Assembly: GCF_001644705.1 (NCBI RefSeq) | Contig: NZ_CP015137.1 | Span: forward strand, 4,770,001 to 4,802,000 | Length of the DNA stretch: 32,000 bases | Direction: 5' to 3' | Source: Dickeya solani IPO 2222 | GTDB lineage: Bacteria; Pseudomonadota; Gammaproteobacteria; Enterobacterales; Enterobacteriaceae | Shown here: piece after piece, positions 1-10,492 of the stretch | How positions within the stretch are numbered: position 1 is the stretch's first letter | Layout of the letters: every line of letters begins with the position of its first letter | Notes under the pieces: model-generated | What the model saw: only the letters and a program-made list of their open reading frames with translations | Databases searched by the model: none | What the model was told of the DNA's origin: nothing | Made by a program: the position numbers and the translations under genes

Positions 1-146
1 AAAACATCAATCAGCCTGACCTATCGCAAAGGACCGTATGCCCAGAGGCGATGCAACCAAACCAGCTTTGCCACGTCTTGCCAAAATATCGTGGCATCCA
101 TGCGCATTTCCGCTGCTTAACAGAGGTCAGTTGCATCACAGTGATA

Positions 147-2318
147 TCACTGGACCAGTGGCGCATCCTCTAAACCCAGCAATTTTTCGAACTCCTCTGC
201 CGGCATCGGCCGGCCAAACAGATAGCCTTGCGCCTGCTCACATCCTTTGTTGAGCAGTCTTTCACACTGCTCCTGTGTTTCCACCCCTTCGGCAATCACA
301 TCCAGACCGAAGCTTTTTCCCAGATAGAGAATCGCGCGGACAATCGCCGCATCCGGAGCTGACTCACACATAGCGCGCACAAAGGTTTGATCGATCTTAA
401 GCCGCGTGACCGGGTAATGCTTCAGCATGCTGAGTGACGCATAACCTGTGCCATAGTCGTCAAAAGCAATGCCGACGCCGCTGTTACGCAACTCATTGAG
501 AGGTTTCATCATATTCTCGTCATGCCGCAATATGATGTTCTCCGTGATTTCCAGCTCCAGCGCGCCGGGTTTAAGACCAGTTTGCGTCAGGACTTCCTTG
601 ATTTTCTGCGCCAGCATGCCGGAACGGAACTGGGCCGCGAACAGGTTGATACTGATACGAAAATTCCCCGCTCCGGACCGGCACCAGTCAGATGCCTGCT
701 GACACGCGGACCGCACGACCCAGTCGCCAATGCGCTCCGCCCAAGGGCCACGCTCCAGCGCAGACATAAACGCAGCCGGCCCCAGCAGCCCTTTATAAGG
801 ATGACGCCAGCGCAGCAACGCCTCAGCACCCACCACCTTACTGTTAACCAGGCTGACCTGAGGCTGATAAAACACCTCGAACTCCTCCTGTTCATACGCC
901 CGGATGAATTCCAGCTGGAAAGCATGTCGAGCCTGAAACACTTCTCTCAGTTCGCGGGTAAAGAAGCGATAGCAATTACGCCCATCCGCCTTCGCCTGAT
1001 ATAACGCCAGATCGGCGCTGGTGAGCAGATCCTGCACGGTTGTTCCATGCGCCGGATACATGACCAGCCCGATGCTGGCGCTGGTGTTGATTTGTTTGTC
1101 ATCCACCGGCACAGCTTGCGAAATATCATAAATGATTTTTTCCGCCAGTGTTGCCACCTGTGACTCGTCATTCTGCTTCGGCAACAGAATCGCGAACTCG
1201 TCGCCCCCCATGCGGGCCACCAGATCGCCGGAACAAACATTATCCAGTAATCGTTTGGCGACGCTGGACAGAATCTCGTCGCCGCTGGCATGGCCGAGAC
1301 TGTCGTTGATATCCTTGAAGCCATCCAGGTCGATAATCATGATGGCGGTCGGCTCACCGTTTTTCAGCACCTGCTCCAGCGTGGAGGTAAGTAGTGTCCG
1401 GTTGGCCAGCCCGGTCAGCGGATCGCGGTGCGCCTGCAGAAACAATCGTTCTTCGTAACGTTGCCTTTCGGTGATATCACGCAGAATGATGCCGTAACGC
1501 GTCTGGTTGTTGTCATGCCACATTGATACCGTTAGTTCGGTTGGAATCAGGGTGCCGGGCAAGGCACGCGTTTCCAGTTCGATCGAGCTACCTTTGCATA
1601 TCGCAGTTTTGTCCGTCGCCAGATGATGCAATTGCACCACGAACATATCCGGCACGATAATGCTGATGTGTTCGCCAACAATCTGGTCACGACTGTATTC
1701 CAGCATTTTTTCTGCCGACTCGTTCCAGAAGGTAATCGTGCCCCTGTCGTTGACACAGAGGATGGCATCCGGCGAGGATTCGGCGATGCTCTCAAAGCGA
1801 GCCTGGCTGGCACGACGCGCCAGATCCAAACGCCGCATCTCTAGCTTGTCCATCACCAGCGCGGCAAAATCCTGCAAATTGTGCGCATCGCGGGCGCTAA
1901 GAGAAGATCGGGGCTTGTTATCAATAATGCATAACACACCGATAGGAAAGCCGCTCGGCGTCCGCAATGGGATACCGGCGTAAAAACGGATGTGCGGCTC
2001 GCCGGTTACCAATGGATTATCCTGGAAACGGGGGTCTTTGCGCGTATCGGGGATCACCATGATCCGTTTCTTGAGAATCGCATGCGCACAGAACGATTCG
2101 TCCCTTGACGTTTCACACACCGGCATGCCGACGCTGGCGGCAAACAACTGCCGTTCTTCCTCTACCAGCGAAATCAATACGATAGGGACGTTGAAAACGT
2201 TAGCCGCCAGATGGATCAAATTGTCAAAACCAGGATCAGACAGTGGTTTACTGATGCCGTACTCTCTCAATGCCTCAAGTCGGCTTTTCTCATCTTTATT
2301 TGCTGGGGCTCGACTCAT
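147..2318 (-). CDS. GAF-PAS-GGDEF-EAL signalling protein (c-di-GMP synthesis/hydrolysis; both signature motifs intact)
   Basis: The ORF spans 147..2405. The translation shows a GAF-like N-terminus and a PAS-like segment (SPDAILCVNDRGTITFWNESAEKML). It also has RMGGDEFAILL and the EAL-domain motifs EALLRW, ELEITEN, DDYGTGYASL, KIDQTFV, EGVETQEQ and QGYLFGRP. Start placed at ATG 2318 (MSRAPAN...) because GAGGGG lies ~7 nt upstream. The ORF-track start at 2405 has no obvious SD. Confidence 0.9.
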   Translation of the reverse strand: MSRAPANKDEKSRLEALREYGISKPLSDPGFDNLIHLAANVFNVPIVLISLVEEERQLFAASVGMPVCETSRDESFCAHAILKKRIMVIPDTRKDPRFQDNPLVTGEPHIRFYAGIPLRTPSGFPIGVLCIIDNKPRSSLSARDAHNLQDFAALVMDKLEMRRLDLARRASQARFESIAESSPDAILCVNDRGTITFWNESAEKMLEYSRDQIVGEHISIIVPDMFVVQLHHLATDKTAICKGSSIELETRALPGTLIPTELTVSMWHDNNQTRYGIILRDITERQRYEERLFLQAHRDPLTGLANRTLLTSTLEQVLKNGEPTAIMIIDLDGFKDINDSLGHASGDEILSSVAKRLLDNVCSGDLVARMGGDEFAILLPKQNDESQVATLAEKIIYDISQAVPVDDKQINTSASIGLVMYPAHGTTVQDLLTSADLALYQAKADGRNCYRFFTRELREVFQARHAFQLEFIRAYEQEEFEVFYQPQVSLVNSKVVGAEALLRWRHPYKGLLGPAAFMSALERGPWAERIGDWVVRSACQQASDWCRSGAGNFRISINLFAAQFRSGMLAQKIKEVLTQTGLKPGALELEITENIILRHDENMMKPLNELRNSGVGIAFDDYGTGYASLSMLKHYPVTRLKIDQTFVRAMCESAPDAAIVRAILYLGKSFGLDVIAEGVETQEQCERLLNKGCEQAQGYLFGRPMPAEEFEKLLGLEDAPLVQ

Positions 2319-2713
2319 GGGGGTTCCCCTCACATTATCCATTGTTTTTTCTTTCAGAAAAAATTGTAGCCTGTTGTCGTGACGGTGCTTACCGTAACTT
2401 TTCACGCAAAAAAAATCATCGATGAATAAAATCCATCGATCTCTTTCGATTAAATTTAAAACGATAACTGGCTACTATCCCTCTTTGCTCAGTTTCTTCC
2501 CCACATTAGGGTTCGCCTCTTTCATGCAAATTATCGGGCAGCATCAACAGAATAGCAAAATGCAGACGAGGAGGAAGACCTGTCGCCAAGATTTTCTAAG
2601 ATTCCTGGATTTCCATAAAAAATAGGGGAAATCGCAAGTGGTTAATTATCTTAATAGATCGTTATTCCCAATCGTCAATGCAAAGTTGATAACTTATTAC
2701 TATAAAAATGTTC

Positions 2714-2959
2714 TTATTTACGACCTCTCATAACTGATAGATCAGCGGATACGTTTTCCTGATTGGTTAAATACCGATAAAAGACTTTCTCTTTAAGACA
2801 ATTGGCGCGTAAAACCGAAATAACAATTACACCTACCGGCGTTAATTCGATGCCAAATTCATTCTGACCCGACGCAGAAATGCGCAGAAAAACAGGCTGC
2901 TGTTCGTTCACTCGCTTTATGTCGGACAACATCGGACTGTTCGCACGGAGCAAATGCAT
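2714..2959 (-). CDS. doubtful small hypothetical ORF in AT-rich spacer
   Basis: Part of the 122-codon ORF 2714..3082. The 3082 start lies inside the icd terminator stem, so an internal ATG (2959 or 2932) would be needed. There is no SD before either ATG, no recognisable family, and the composition is atypically AT-rich. Listed only because an annotator might call it. Confidence 0.15.
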   Translation of the reverse strand: MHLLRANSPMLSDIKRVNEQQPVFLRISASGQNEFGIELTPVGVIVISVLRANCLKEKVFYRYLTNQENVSADLSVMRGRK

Positions 2960-3076
2960 TAAAAAAGAGAAGAGAAAGTAAAGTGATAGTACAAAAATGC
3001 GGAACAGCAAGCCTAAAGACTCACAATTAATGCGGAATAGTACGTCAGAAAAACGGCAAACGCCGCCAGAGAACAA

Positions 3077-3104
3077 CCTCACGGAAGCCAGGGCCGCCGT
3101 GAGG
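3077..3104 (-). terminator. candidate rho-independent terminator of icd
   Basis: Stem CCTCACGG (3077-3084) pairs with CCGTGAGG (3097-3104) around a 12-nt loop, 17 nt after the icd stop. On the minus strand it is followed by TTGTTCTCT, a weak U-tract. Confidence 0.45.
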
Positions 3105-3121
3105 TTTGCTGCAATCGTCGA

Positions 3122-4375
3122 TTACATATTGCTGATGATGTCTTGGGCAAACTCGCTACATTTACGCAGCGTGGCGCCTTCCATCAGCCGCTCAAAGTCA
3201 TAGGTGACGGTCTTGTTCTTGATCGCGCCTTCCACACCTTTCACGATCAGGTCGGCAGCTTCAAACCACTGCAGATGACGCAGCATCATTTCAGCGGACA
3301 GGATCACGGAACCCGGGTTCACTTTATCCTGGCCGGCATACTTCGGCGCCGTGCCGTGAGTGGCTTCGAATAGCGCACATTCGTCACCGATGTTGGCGCC
3401 CGGCGCGATACCGATCCCGCCTACCTGCGCCGCCAGCGCATCGGAAATATAGTCACCGTTCAGGTTCATACAGGCGATGACATCGTACTCTGCCGGACGC
3501 AGCAGAATCTGCTGCAGGAAGGCGTCGGCAATCACATCTTTAACGATGATGTCTTTGCCGGTTTTCGGGTTCTTGATTTTCACCCACGGCCCGCCATCAA
3601 TCAGCTCACCGCCGAACTCCTCGCGAGCCAACTGGTAACCCCAGTCTTTGAACGCGCCTTCGGTGAATTTCATGATGTTGCCTTTGTGCACCAGCGTCAA
3701 AGAATCGCGATCATTGGTGATGGCGTATTCGATCGCAGCACGAACCAGACGCTTGGTCCCTTCTTCAGAACAGGGCTTCACACCGATACCGCACTGCTGC
3801 GGGAAACGGATTTTCTTCACGCCCATTTCATCTTGCAGGAACTTGATTACTTTGTCCGCCTCCGGCGTACCGGCTTTCCACTCAATACCGGCATAAATGT
3901 CTTCGGCGTTTTCGCGGAAAATGACCATGTCGGTCAGTTCGGGATGTTTAACCGGGCTTGGCGTACCTTCGTAATAGCGAACCGGACGCAGACAAACGTA
4001 CAGATCCAGTTGCTGGCGCAACGCCACGTTCAGGGAACGGATACCGCCACCTACCGGCGTGGTCAGCGGCCCTTTAATGGCGACACGGTATTCGCGGATC
4101 AGATCCAGCGTTTCATCCGGCAACCACACATCTTGACCATACACCTGAGTGGATTTCTCACCGGTGTAAATTTCCATCCAGGAAATTTTGCGCTTGCCCT
4201 GGTAAGCTTTGTTTACCGCGGCATCGACAACGTTAATCATGGCTGGCGTCACATCGACACCGATACCGTCGCCTTCGATAAACGGAATGATCGGATTAGC
4301 CGGCACGACCAGTTTACCCTGAGCGTCAACCGTGATTTTCTGCCCTTCTGCCGGTACAACTACTTTACTTTCCAT
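3122..4375 (-). CDS. icd: isocitrate dehydrogenase (NADP-dependent)
   Basis: 417 aa, near-collinear with E. coli Icd as recalled ([13 protein letters not shown]..., [65 protein letters not shown], ending SEF...II.NM). Confidence 0.98.
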   Translation of the reverse strand: MESKVVVPAEGQKITVDAQGKLVVPANPIIPFIEGDGIGVDVTPAMINVVDAAVNKAYQGKRKISWMEIYTGEKSTQVYGQDVWLPDETLDLIREYRVAIKGPLTTPVGGGIRSLNVALRQQLDLYVCLRPVRYYEGTPSPVKHPELTDMVIFRENAEDIYAGIEWKAGTPEADKVIKFLQDEMGVKKIRFPQQCGIGVKPCSEEGTKRLVRAAIEYAITNDRDSLTLVHKGNIMKFTEGAFKDWGYQLAREEFGGELIDGGPWVKIKNPKTGKDIIVKDVIADAFLQQILLRPAEYDVIACMNLNGDYISDALAAQVGGIGIAPGANIGDECALFEATHGTAPKYAGQDKVNPGSVILSAEMMLRHLQWFEAADLIVKGVEGAIKNKTVTYDFERLMEGATLRKCSEFAQDIISNM

Positions 4376-4476
4376 TAACCTCTCCTTCGAGCGCCATTTT
4401 GTTAATGACTTGTAAGATGCGTGTCAATACTACTTGAATATTTAGCCTGAGCCAATCACAAACCATTTCGAGTATA

Positions 4477-5133
4477 ATGTTTTTGCCATCCACAGCCAGT
4501 AATAAGATGAATAAATTCCCTGTTAAAAATCACCGACTTAAACGATTCAGCTCTCGACCGGCAAAAAATGAATCCACCGCCGTAACGAAAACGCGCATCG
4601 TGTTGTTCAATAAGCCTTTCGATGTGCTTTCCCAGTTTACCGATGAGGGCGACCGCGCCACGCTGAAGGACTATGTCCTGTTGCGGGATGTCTATTCTGC
4701 AGGTCGGCTGGACCGGGACAGCGAAGGTCTGATGATACTGACCAACGACGGCAAGCTGCAGGCGCGGCTAACCCAACCCGGCAAGAAAACGCCCAAAATC
4801 TACTACGCCCAGGTAGAAGGCGTTCCCGACGAAGAGGCTTTACACGCTTTTCGCACCGGTCTGATACTGAGTGACGGTCCGACCCTGCCCGCCGGCGCAG
4901 AGCTGGTTGAGGAACCGGCCTGGTTGTGGCCGCGCCAGCCGCCGATCCGCGAACGTAAAAGTATCCCGGTCAGCTGGCTGAAAATCACGCTGTACGAAGG
5001 GCGCAACCGTCAGGTAAGACGGATGACGGCGCATATCGGCTATCCAACGCTACGTTTGATTCGCTACAGTATGGCTAATCAGACTCTTGATGGATTGCAC
5101 CCCGGTGAATGGAGGGAGATAGACCATGTTTAA
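4477..5133 (+). CDS. rluE: 23S rRNA pseudouridine(2457) synthase RluE
   Basis: 218 aa. Motifs match E. coli RluE: [62 protein letters not shown]. An alternative start at ATG 4507 is possible. TATAAT at 4473-4478 overlaps the first ATG. Confidence 0.9.
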   Translation: MFLPSTASNKMNKFPVKNHRLKRFSSRPAKNESTAVTKTRIVLFNKPFDVLSQFTDEGDRATLKDYVLLRDVYSAGRLDRDSEGLMILTNDGKLQARLTQPGKKTPKIYYAQVEGVPDEEALHAFRTGLILSDGPTLPAGAELVEEPAWLWPRQPPIRERKSIPVSWLKITLYEGRNRQVRRMTAHIGYPTLRLIRYSMANQTLDGLHPGEWREIDHV

Positions 5134-5584
5134 ACCGCATGTGACCGTGGCCTGTATCGTACAGGCAGAAGGCCATTTTCTGGTTGTTGAAGAAGAAATT
5201 AACCACCGGCGTCTGTGGAACCAGCCTGCCGGTCATCTGGAAGCGGACGAAACCCTGATTCAGGCGGCGCAGCGGGAACTGTTTGAGGAAACCGGTATCA
5301 GCGCCACGCCGCAAAGCTTCCTGCAACTGCATCAGTGGATCGCGCCGGACAAAACGCCCTTTCTACGTTTTAGTTTCACCCTCGACCTGCCTGAGCGGCT
5401 ACCCACCACCCCGCACGACAGCGATATCGACTGCTGCCACTGGCTAAAACCGGAAGTCATTCTCCAGGCCGATTGCCTGCGCTCCCCGCTGGTGGCCGCC
5501 AGCCTGGTATGCTATCAGCGCGGCCAGCGCTACCCGTTAAGTATACTGGAAGCCTTCAACTGGCCGTTTCCTGACCCGGTATAA
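5126..5584 (+). CDS. nudJ: Nudix phosphatase NudJ
   Basis: 152 aa. [12 protein letters not shown]... and the Nudix box [22 protein letters not shown] match E. coli NudJ. It overlaps the rluE stop by 8 nt, and GGAGGGAG at 5111-5118 serves as SD. Confidence 0.93.
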   Translation: MFKPHVTVACIVQAEGHFLVVEEEINHRRLWNQPAGHLEADETLIQAAQRELFEETGISATPQSFLQLHQWIAPDKTPFLRFSFTLDLPERLPTTPHDSDIDCCHWLKPEVILQADCLRSPLVAASLVCYQRGQRYPLSILEAFNWPFPDPV

Positions 5585-5763
5585 CCCCGGCAAACGTCAT
5601 CCGAGTCACGACAAATCATATCCGGTACGGCGTCCGGCGTACCGGAACAGCTTATCGCTGCGCGGGCATCAACCGTGCTTCCACGGGGCGAATGTGTTAT
5701 TCTACTACGCCTGTTTTTCGCCTTAACTGGGTATCACCACATCATTGAGTTCGCGAGACGTCC

Positions 5764-6876
5764 ATGTCAGATAACAGCCAGAAAAAAGTCATTGTCGGTA
5801 TGTCCGGCGGTGTTGACTCATCGGTATCCGCCTACCTGCTGCAACAACAGGGGTATCAGGTAGAAGGCCTGTTCATGAAGAACTGGGAAGAAGATGACGA
5901 TACGGAGTATTGCTCCGCCGCCACCGATTTGGCCGATGCGCAGGCTGTCTGCGACAAACTGGGCATTGAGCTGCACACCGTCAATTTCGCCGCCGAATAC
6001 TGGGACAACGTGTTTGAGCACTTTCTGGCGGAATACCGCGCCGGCCGCACGCCCAATCCCGATATTTTGTGCAACAAGGAAATCAAGTTTAAAGCCTTCC
6101 TGGAGTTTGCCGCCGAGGATTTGGGGGCGGATTACATCGCCACCGGCCATTATGTGCGCCGTAAGGACGTGGACGGCAAAAGCCGCCTGCTGCGCGGTCT
6201 GGACGGCAACAAGGACCAGAGTTATTTCCTTTATACCCTGAGCCACCAGCAACTGGCGCAGAGTCTGTTCCCGGTTGGCGAGTTGGAAAAACCGCAGGTA
6301 CGTGAAATCGCGGAACAACTGGATCTGGCTACCGCCCGGAAAAAAGACTCCACCGGCATCTGTTTCATCGGCGAGCGCAAATTCCGCGACTTTCTGGCGC
6401 GTTACCTGCCCGCACAGCCCGGCCCGATTCTGTCTGTCGACGATGGCAAGGTCATGGGTGAACATCAGGGGCTGATGTACCACACGCTGGGGCAGCGCAA
6501 AGGGCTTGGCATTGGCGGCGTTAAAGAAGGCGGCGACGATCCGTGGTACGTGGTCGACAAAGATGTCGCCAGCAACGTGCTGTATGTCGCCCAGGGCCAT
6601 GAACATCCGCGGCTGATGTCTGTCGGCCTGATTGCCCAACAATTGCACTGGGTTGATCGCGAGCCGCTGACTCAACCGCTACGTTGCGCGGTAAAAACCC
6701 GCTACCGTCAGGCCGATATCCCCTGCCTTCTGACGCCGCTCGACGCAGACCGCATCGAAGTCCGTTTTGACGAGCCGGTTGCCGCAGTTACGCCGGGTCA
6801 ATCCGCGGTATTTTATCAGGGCGAAGTCTGCCTTGGCGGCGGCATCATCGAAGAGCGTCTGCGCGCGGCGCCATAA
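5764..6876 (+). CDS. mnmA: tRNA 2-thiouridine(34) synthase MnmA
   Basis: 370 aa. The PP-loop [18 protein letters not shown], then [19 protein letters not shown] and [13 protein letters not shown], are collinear with E. coli MnmA. Confidence 0.97.
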   Translation: MSDNSQKKVIVGMSGGVDSSVSAYLLQQQGYQVEGLFMKNWEEDDDTEYCSAATDLADAQAVCDKLGIELHTVNFAAEYWDNVFEHFLAEYRAGRTPNPDILCNKEIKFKAFLEFAAEDLGADYIATGHYVRRKDVDGKSRLLRGLDGNKDQSYFLYTLSHQQLAQSLFPVGELEKPQVREIAEQLDLATARKKDSTGICFIGERKFRDFLARYLPAQPGPILSVDDGKVMGEHQGLMYHTLGQRKGLGIGGVKEGGDDPWYVVDKDVASNVLYVAQGHEHPRLMSVGLIAQQLHWVDREPLTQPLRCAVKTRYRQADIPCLLTPLDADRIEVRFDEPVAAVTPGQSAVFYQGEVCLGGGIIEERLRAAP

Positions 6877-6893
6877 TCCACCGCCGCACCCGC

Positions 6894-6927
6894 CAAAGGG
6901 AACCGCACCGGTTCCCTTTGCGTTTCT
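6894..6927 (+). terminator. rho-independent terminator after mnmA
   Basis: Perfect 12-bp stem CAAAGGGAACCG (6894-6905) / CGGTTCCCTTTG (6909-6920) with a 3-nt loop, followed by CGTTTCT. Confidence 0.65.
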
Positions 6928-7069
6928 GGCATCCCCACAAAAAATCAATCACACCAGTGCGCTGTGTCAAATAAAACACGACGCGGGCACCTTTTCCGTT
7001 TTCATGACACTAAACTTGAATTGCCGGACGATCGGGTCTGCCGATTTTCAGCCTGAACAAGGTTTTACC

Positions 7070-7091
7070 GGGTTCATACTGGGTTCATCCT
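7070..7091. repeat. 11-bp tandem duplication GGGTTCATACT / GGGTTCATCCT
   Basis: Read directly in the mnmA-hflD spacer. The TTCATNCTG core recurs in the phoP-phoQ 19-bp array. Confidence 0.6.
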
Positions 7092-7250
7092 GATTTTTAT
7101 GGCATGATCAGCGCCCTTTTAGGCTGTGTGAGTGAAAAAGCCGGGGCATGTTCGCCGGCGTTTACTTTTCCTCTGGACCAAACCGGAAACACAGACAGTA
7201 CAGATATTCCGGACTCGCACGCCGGCCAGATGATGTTGACAGGAGCAATT

Positions 7251-7883
7251 GTGGCTAAAAACTATCATGACATTACGCTGGCAATGGCAGGTATCTGCCA
7301 GTCTGCTCATTTGGTGCAGCAATTGGCTCATCAGGGCAGTTGTGATATGGACGCGTTAAAAGCGTCACTGGAAAGCATCATGAACATCAATCCACCCAGC
7401 ACGCTGGATGTTTTTGGCAACACCGAACGTAATCTAAAGATCGGGCTGGAAACCCTGCTGGGTATTCTCAATTCGTCACGCGAAGGGCTGGGCGCGGAGC
7501 TGTCGCGCTATACTTTCAGCCTGATGGTGCTGGAACGCCGCCTGCACAATAACCGTGAAGCGATGGACGAGCTGGGCAACCGCATCAGCCAGTTGGACCG
7601 ACAACTGGAGCACTACGACCTGCTGTCGGATACCTTCATTAATGTGCTGGCAGGCATTTACGTGGACGTGATCAGCAAGCTTGGCCCGCGCATTCAGGTG
7701 ACCGGCGCGCAGGAAGTGCTGAAGAACCCGCAGATTCAGGCGAAGGTCCGGGCGGCGCTGCTGGCCGGGATCCGCGCCGCCGTGCTCTGGCAACAGGTGG
7801 GCGGCAGTCGGCTGCAATTGATGTTCTCCCGCAGCAAGCTGGTGCGCCACGCGCAGGAGATCCTGGCCCGCTGCCACGACTGA
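7251..7883 (+). CDS. hflD: high-frequency-of-lysogenization protein HflD
   Basis: From GTG 7251 the product begins (M)[28 protein letters not shown]. This matches the E. coli HflD N-terminus MAKNYYDITLALAGICQ. AGGAG at 7241-7245 is the SD. The ORF-track start at 7104 would add 49 unconserved residues. Confidence 0.9.
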   Translation: MAKNYHDITLAMAGICQSAHLVQQLAHQGSCDMDALKASLESIMNINPPSTLDVFGNTERNLKIGLETLLGILNSSREGLGAELSRYTFSLMVLERRLHNNREAMDELGNRISQLDRQLEHYDLLSDTFINVLAGIYVDVISKLGPRIQVTGAQEVLKNPQIQAKVRAALLAGIRAAVLWQQVGGSRLQLMFSRSKLVRHAQEILARCHD

Positions 7884-7943
7884 CCGGAACCCGAGTGCAT
7901 CAGTGCATTGACGCCGGCCGCTTATTCCGGTTCAGCCGCCGCC

Positions 7944-8066
7944 ATGAGATACTATTTGCTATGAGAGACTATTGGCTATGAGAGACTATCTGCTGCCATG
8001 AAATGCTATCGATCATGAAATGCTATCGGCCATGAAATGCTATTCGTCATGCGATAGGATGACGAC
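7944..8066. repeat. degenerate 17-bp tandem array (~7 units) in the hflD-purB spacer
   Basis: Units: ATGAGATACTATTTGCT, ATGAGAGACTATTGGCT, ATGAGAGACTATCTGCTGCC, ATGAAATGCTATCGATC, ATGAAATGCTATCGGCC, ATGAAATGCTATTCGTC, ATGCGATAGG, ATGACGAC. There are two sub-families, ATGAGAGACTAT and ATGAAATGCTAT. Confidence 0.9.
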
Positions 8067-8086
8067 AACCGCTATTCTTTATTTGA

Positions 8087-9478
<1,392 letters not shown>

Positions 9479-9485
9479 CCCAGCT

Positions 9486-9511
9486 CCGGGCGGCATTCTC
9501 CCGCCGCCCGG
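9486..9511 (+). terminator. candidate terminator after purB
   Basis: Stem CCGGGCGGC (9486-9494) / GCCGCCCGG (9503-9511) with an 8-nt loop. The downstream CTCATTTCC is only a weak T-tract. Confidence 0.45.
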
Positions 9512-9601
9512 CTCATTTCCTGCCTCCCTGTTTAGCCTCAGTTGAGCACAACTGTGGATAATGCTGACGAACCCGCCAACAATGGCGTATTTCTACCTAT
9601 T

Positions 9602-9645
9602 ACTATCCTGGGTTGGACTATCCTGGGTTGGACTATCCCAAATTG
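9602..9645. repeat. 15-bp tandem repeat x ~3 (ACTATCCTGGGTTGG)
   Basis: Two perfect units (9602-9616, 9617-9631) plus a diverged third, ACTATCCCAAATTG (9632-9645). Confidence 0.9.
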
Positions 9646-9687
9646 CGGAAAACGTGCTGGCGCGTGTCGCAAGGTCTGTACAACACG

Positions 9688-9740
9688 TTGATAGTTAACT
9701 AAGTTTATGTTGATAGCTCACTGAGTTTGGATAGCTCCCA
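9688..9740. repeat. ~21-bp direct repeat x ~2.5 in the phoP promoter region, carrying GTTTA/GTTTG PhoP-box-like half-sites
   Basis: Units are TTGATAGTTAACTAAGTTTATG (9688-9709), TTGATAGCTCACTGAGTTTG (9710-9729) and GATAGCTCCCA (9730-9740). AGTTTA and AGTTTG lie 21 bp apart. This is not the canonical 11-bp PhoP box spacing, so a regulatory role is speculative. Confidence 0.5.
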
Positions 9741-9766
9741 TCAGGAAAATGACCGAGGAAAACGTC

Positions 9767-10435
9767 ATGCGCATTCTTGTCGTTGAAGATAATGTTCTGT
9801 TACGCCATCACCTGAATGTCCAGTTGAATGAAATGGGGCATCAGGTTGATGCGGCGGCGGACGCGAAAGAAGCGGATTATTTCCTTCAGGAACATGCGCC
9901 GGACATCGCCATTGTCGACCTGGGTCTGCCGGTGGAAGACGGCACCAGTTTGATCCGCCGCTGGCGCGCGCATCAGGTCAAATTACCGATTCTGGTTCTC
10001 ACCGCACGGGAAAGCTGGCAGGAAAAAGTGGCGGTGCTGGAAGCCGGCGCCGACGATTACGTCACCAAACCGTTTCACATCGAGGAAGTGGTGGCGCGCA
10101 TGCAGGCGCTGATGCGTCGCAACAGCGGTCTGGCCTCTCAAATCATCAGCATGCCGCCCTTTGAGGTAGACCTGTCGCGCCGGGAATTGCTGGTGCATGG
10201 CGACCCGATCAAGCTGACGGCGTTTGAATACACCATCATCGAAACCCTGATCCGCAACAATGGTAAAGTGGTCAGCAAGGAGTCACTGATGCTGCAACTG
10301 TATCCAGACGCCGAATTGCGGGAAAGCCATACCATTGACGTGCTGATGGGCCGACTGCGCAAAAAACTGCAGTCCGCCAATTCCCACGATGTCATCACCA
10401 CCGTTCGCGGGCAGGGTTACCGCTTCGATATTTAA
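9767..10435 (+). CDS. phoP: response regulator PhoP (OmpR family)
   Basis: From ATG 9767 the product begins [16 protein letters not shown] and is collinear with E. coli PhoP to ...[17 protein letters not shown] at 9755-9760 is the SD. The ORF-track start at 9749 adds 6 residues. Confidence 0.96.
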   Translation: MRILVVEDNVLLRHHLNVQLNEMGHQVDAAADAKEADYFLQEHAPDIAIVDLGLPVEDGTSLIRRWRAHQVKLPILVLTARESWQEKVAVLEAGADDYVTKPFHIEEVVARMQALMRRNSGLASQIISMPPFEVDLSRRELLVHGDPIKLTAFEYTIIETLIRNNGKVVSKESLMLQLYPDAELRESHTIDVLMGRLRKKLQSANSHDVITTVRGQGYRFDI

Positions 10436-10492
10436 TCATTCTGGACGGCCTATTTCATTCTGGACGACATATTTCATTCTGGAAGACATATT
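10436..10492. repeat. 19-bp tandem repeat x3 filling the phoP-phoQ junction
   Basis: TCATTCTGGACGGCCTATT (10436-10454), TCATTCTGGACGACATATT (10455-10473), TCATTCTGGAAGACATATT (10474-10492). It begins at the nucleotide after the phoP stop and ends inside the proposed phoQ TTG start. Confidence 0.92.

Noticed and set aside
38-253. 71-aa plus-strand ORF at the window start.
   Set aside because: It overlaps the 3' end of the GGDEF-EAL gene on the opposite strand. It has no SD and no recognisable sequence.
2422-2625. 67-aa plus-strand ORF in the AT-rich spacer.
   Set aside because: No SD and low-complexity, hydrophobic/basic content. It lies in the probable promoter or leader region of the divergent GGDEF-EAL gene.
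3122-3300. e14-type prophage integration signature, meaning a duplicated icd 3' end or an attachment site.
   Set aside because: The icd C-terminus is intact and E. coli-like. I could find no second copy of its 3' sequence in the downstream spacer and no integrase gene.
7104-7250. N-terminal extension of hflD from the ORF-track start at 7104. The same question arises for phoQ from 10389, phoP from 9749, purB from 8102 and the feoA-like gene from 18129.
   Set aside because: Homology to the E. coli proteins begins at the downstream starts, each of which has a good SD. The extensions are unconserved, and for phoQ the extension overlaps phoP by 47 nt. The phoQ case is kept as a caveat.
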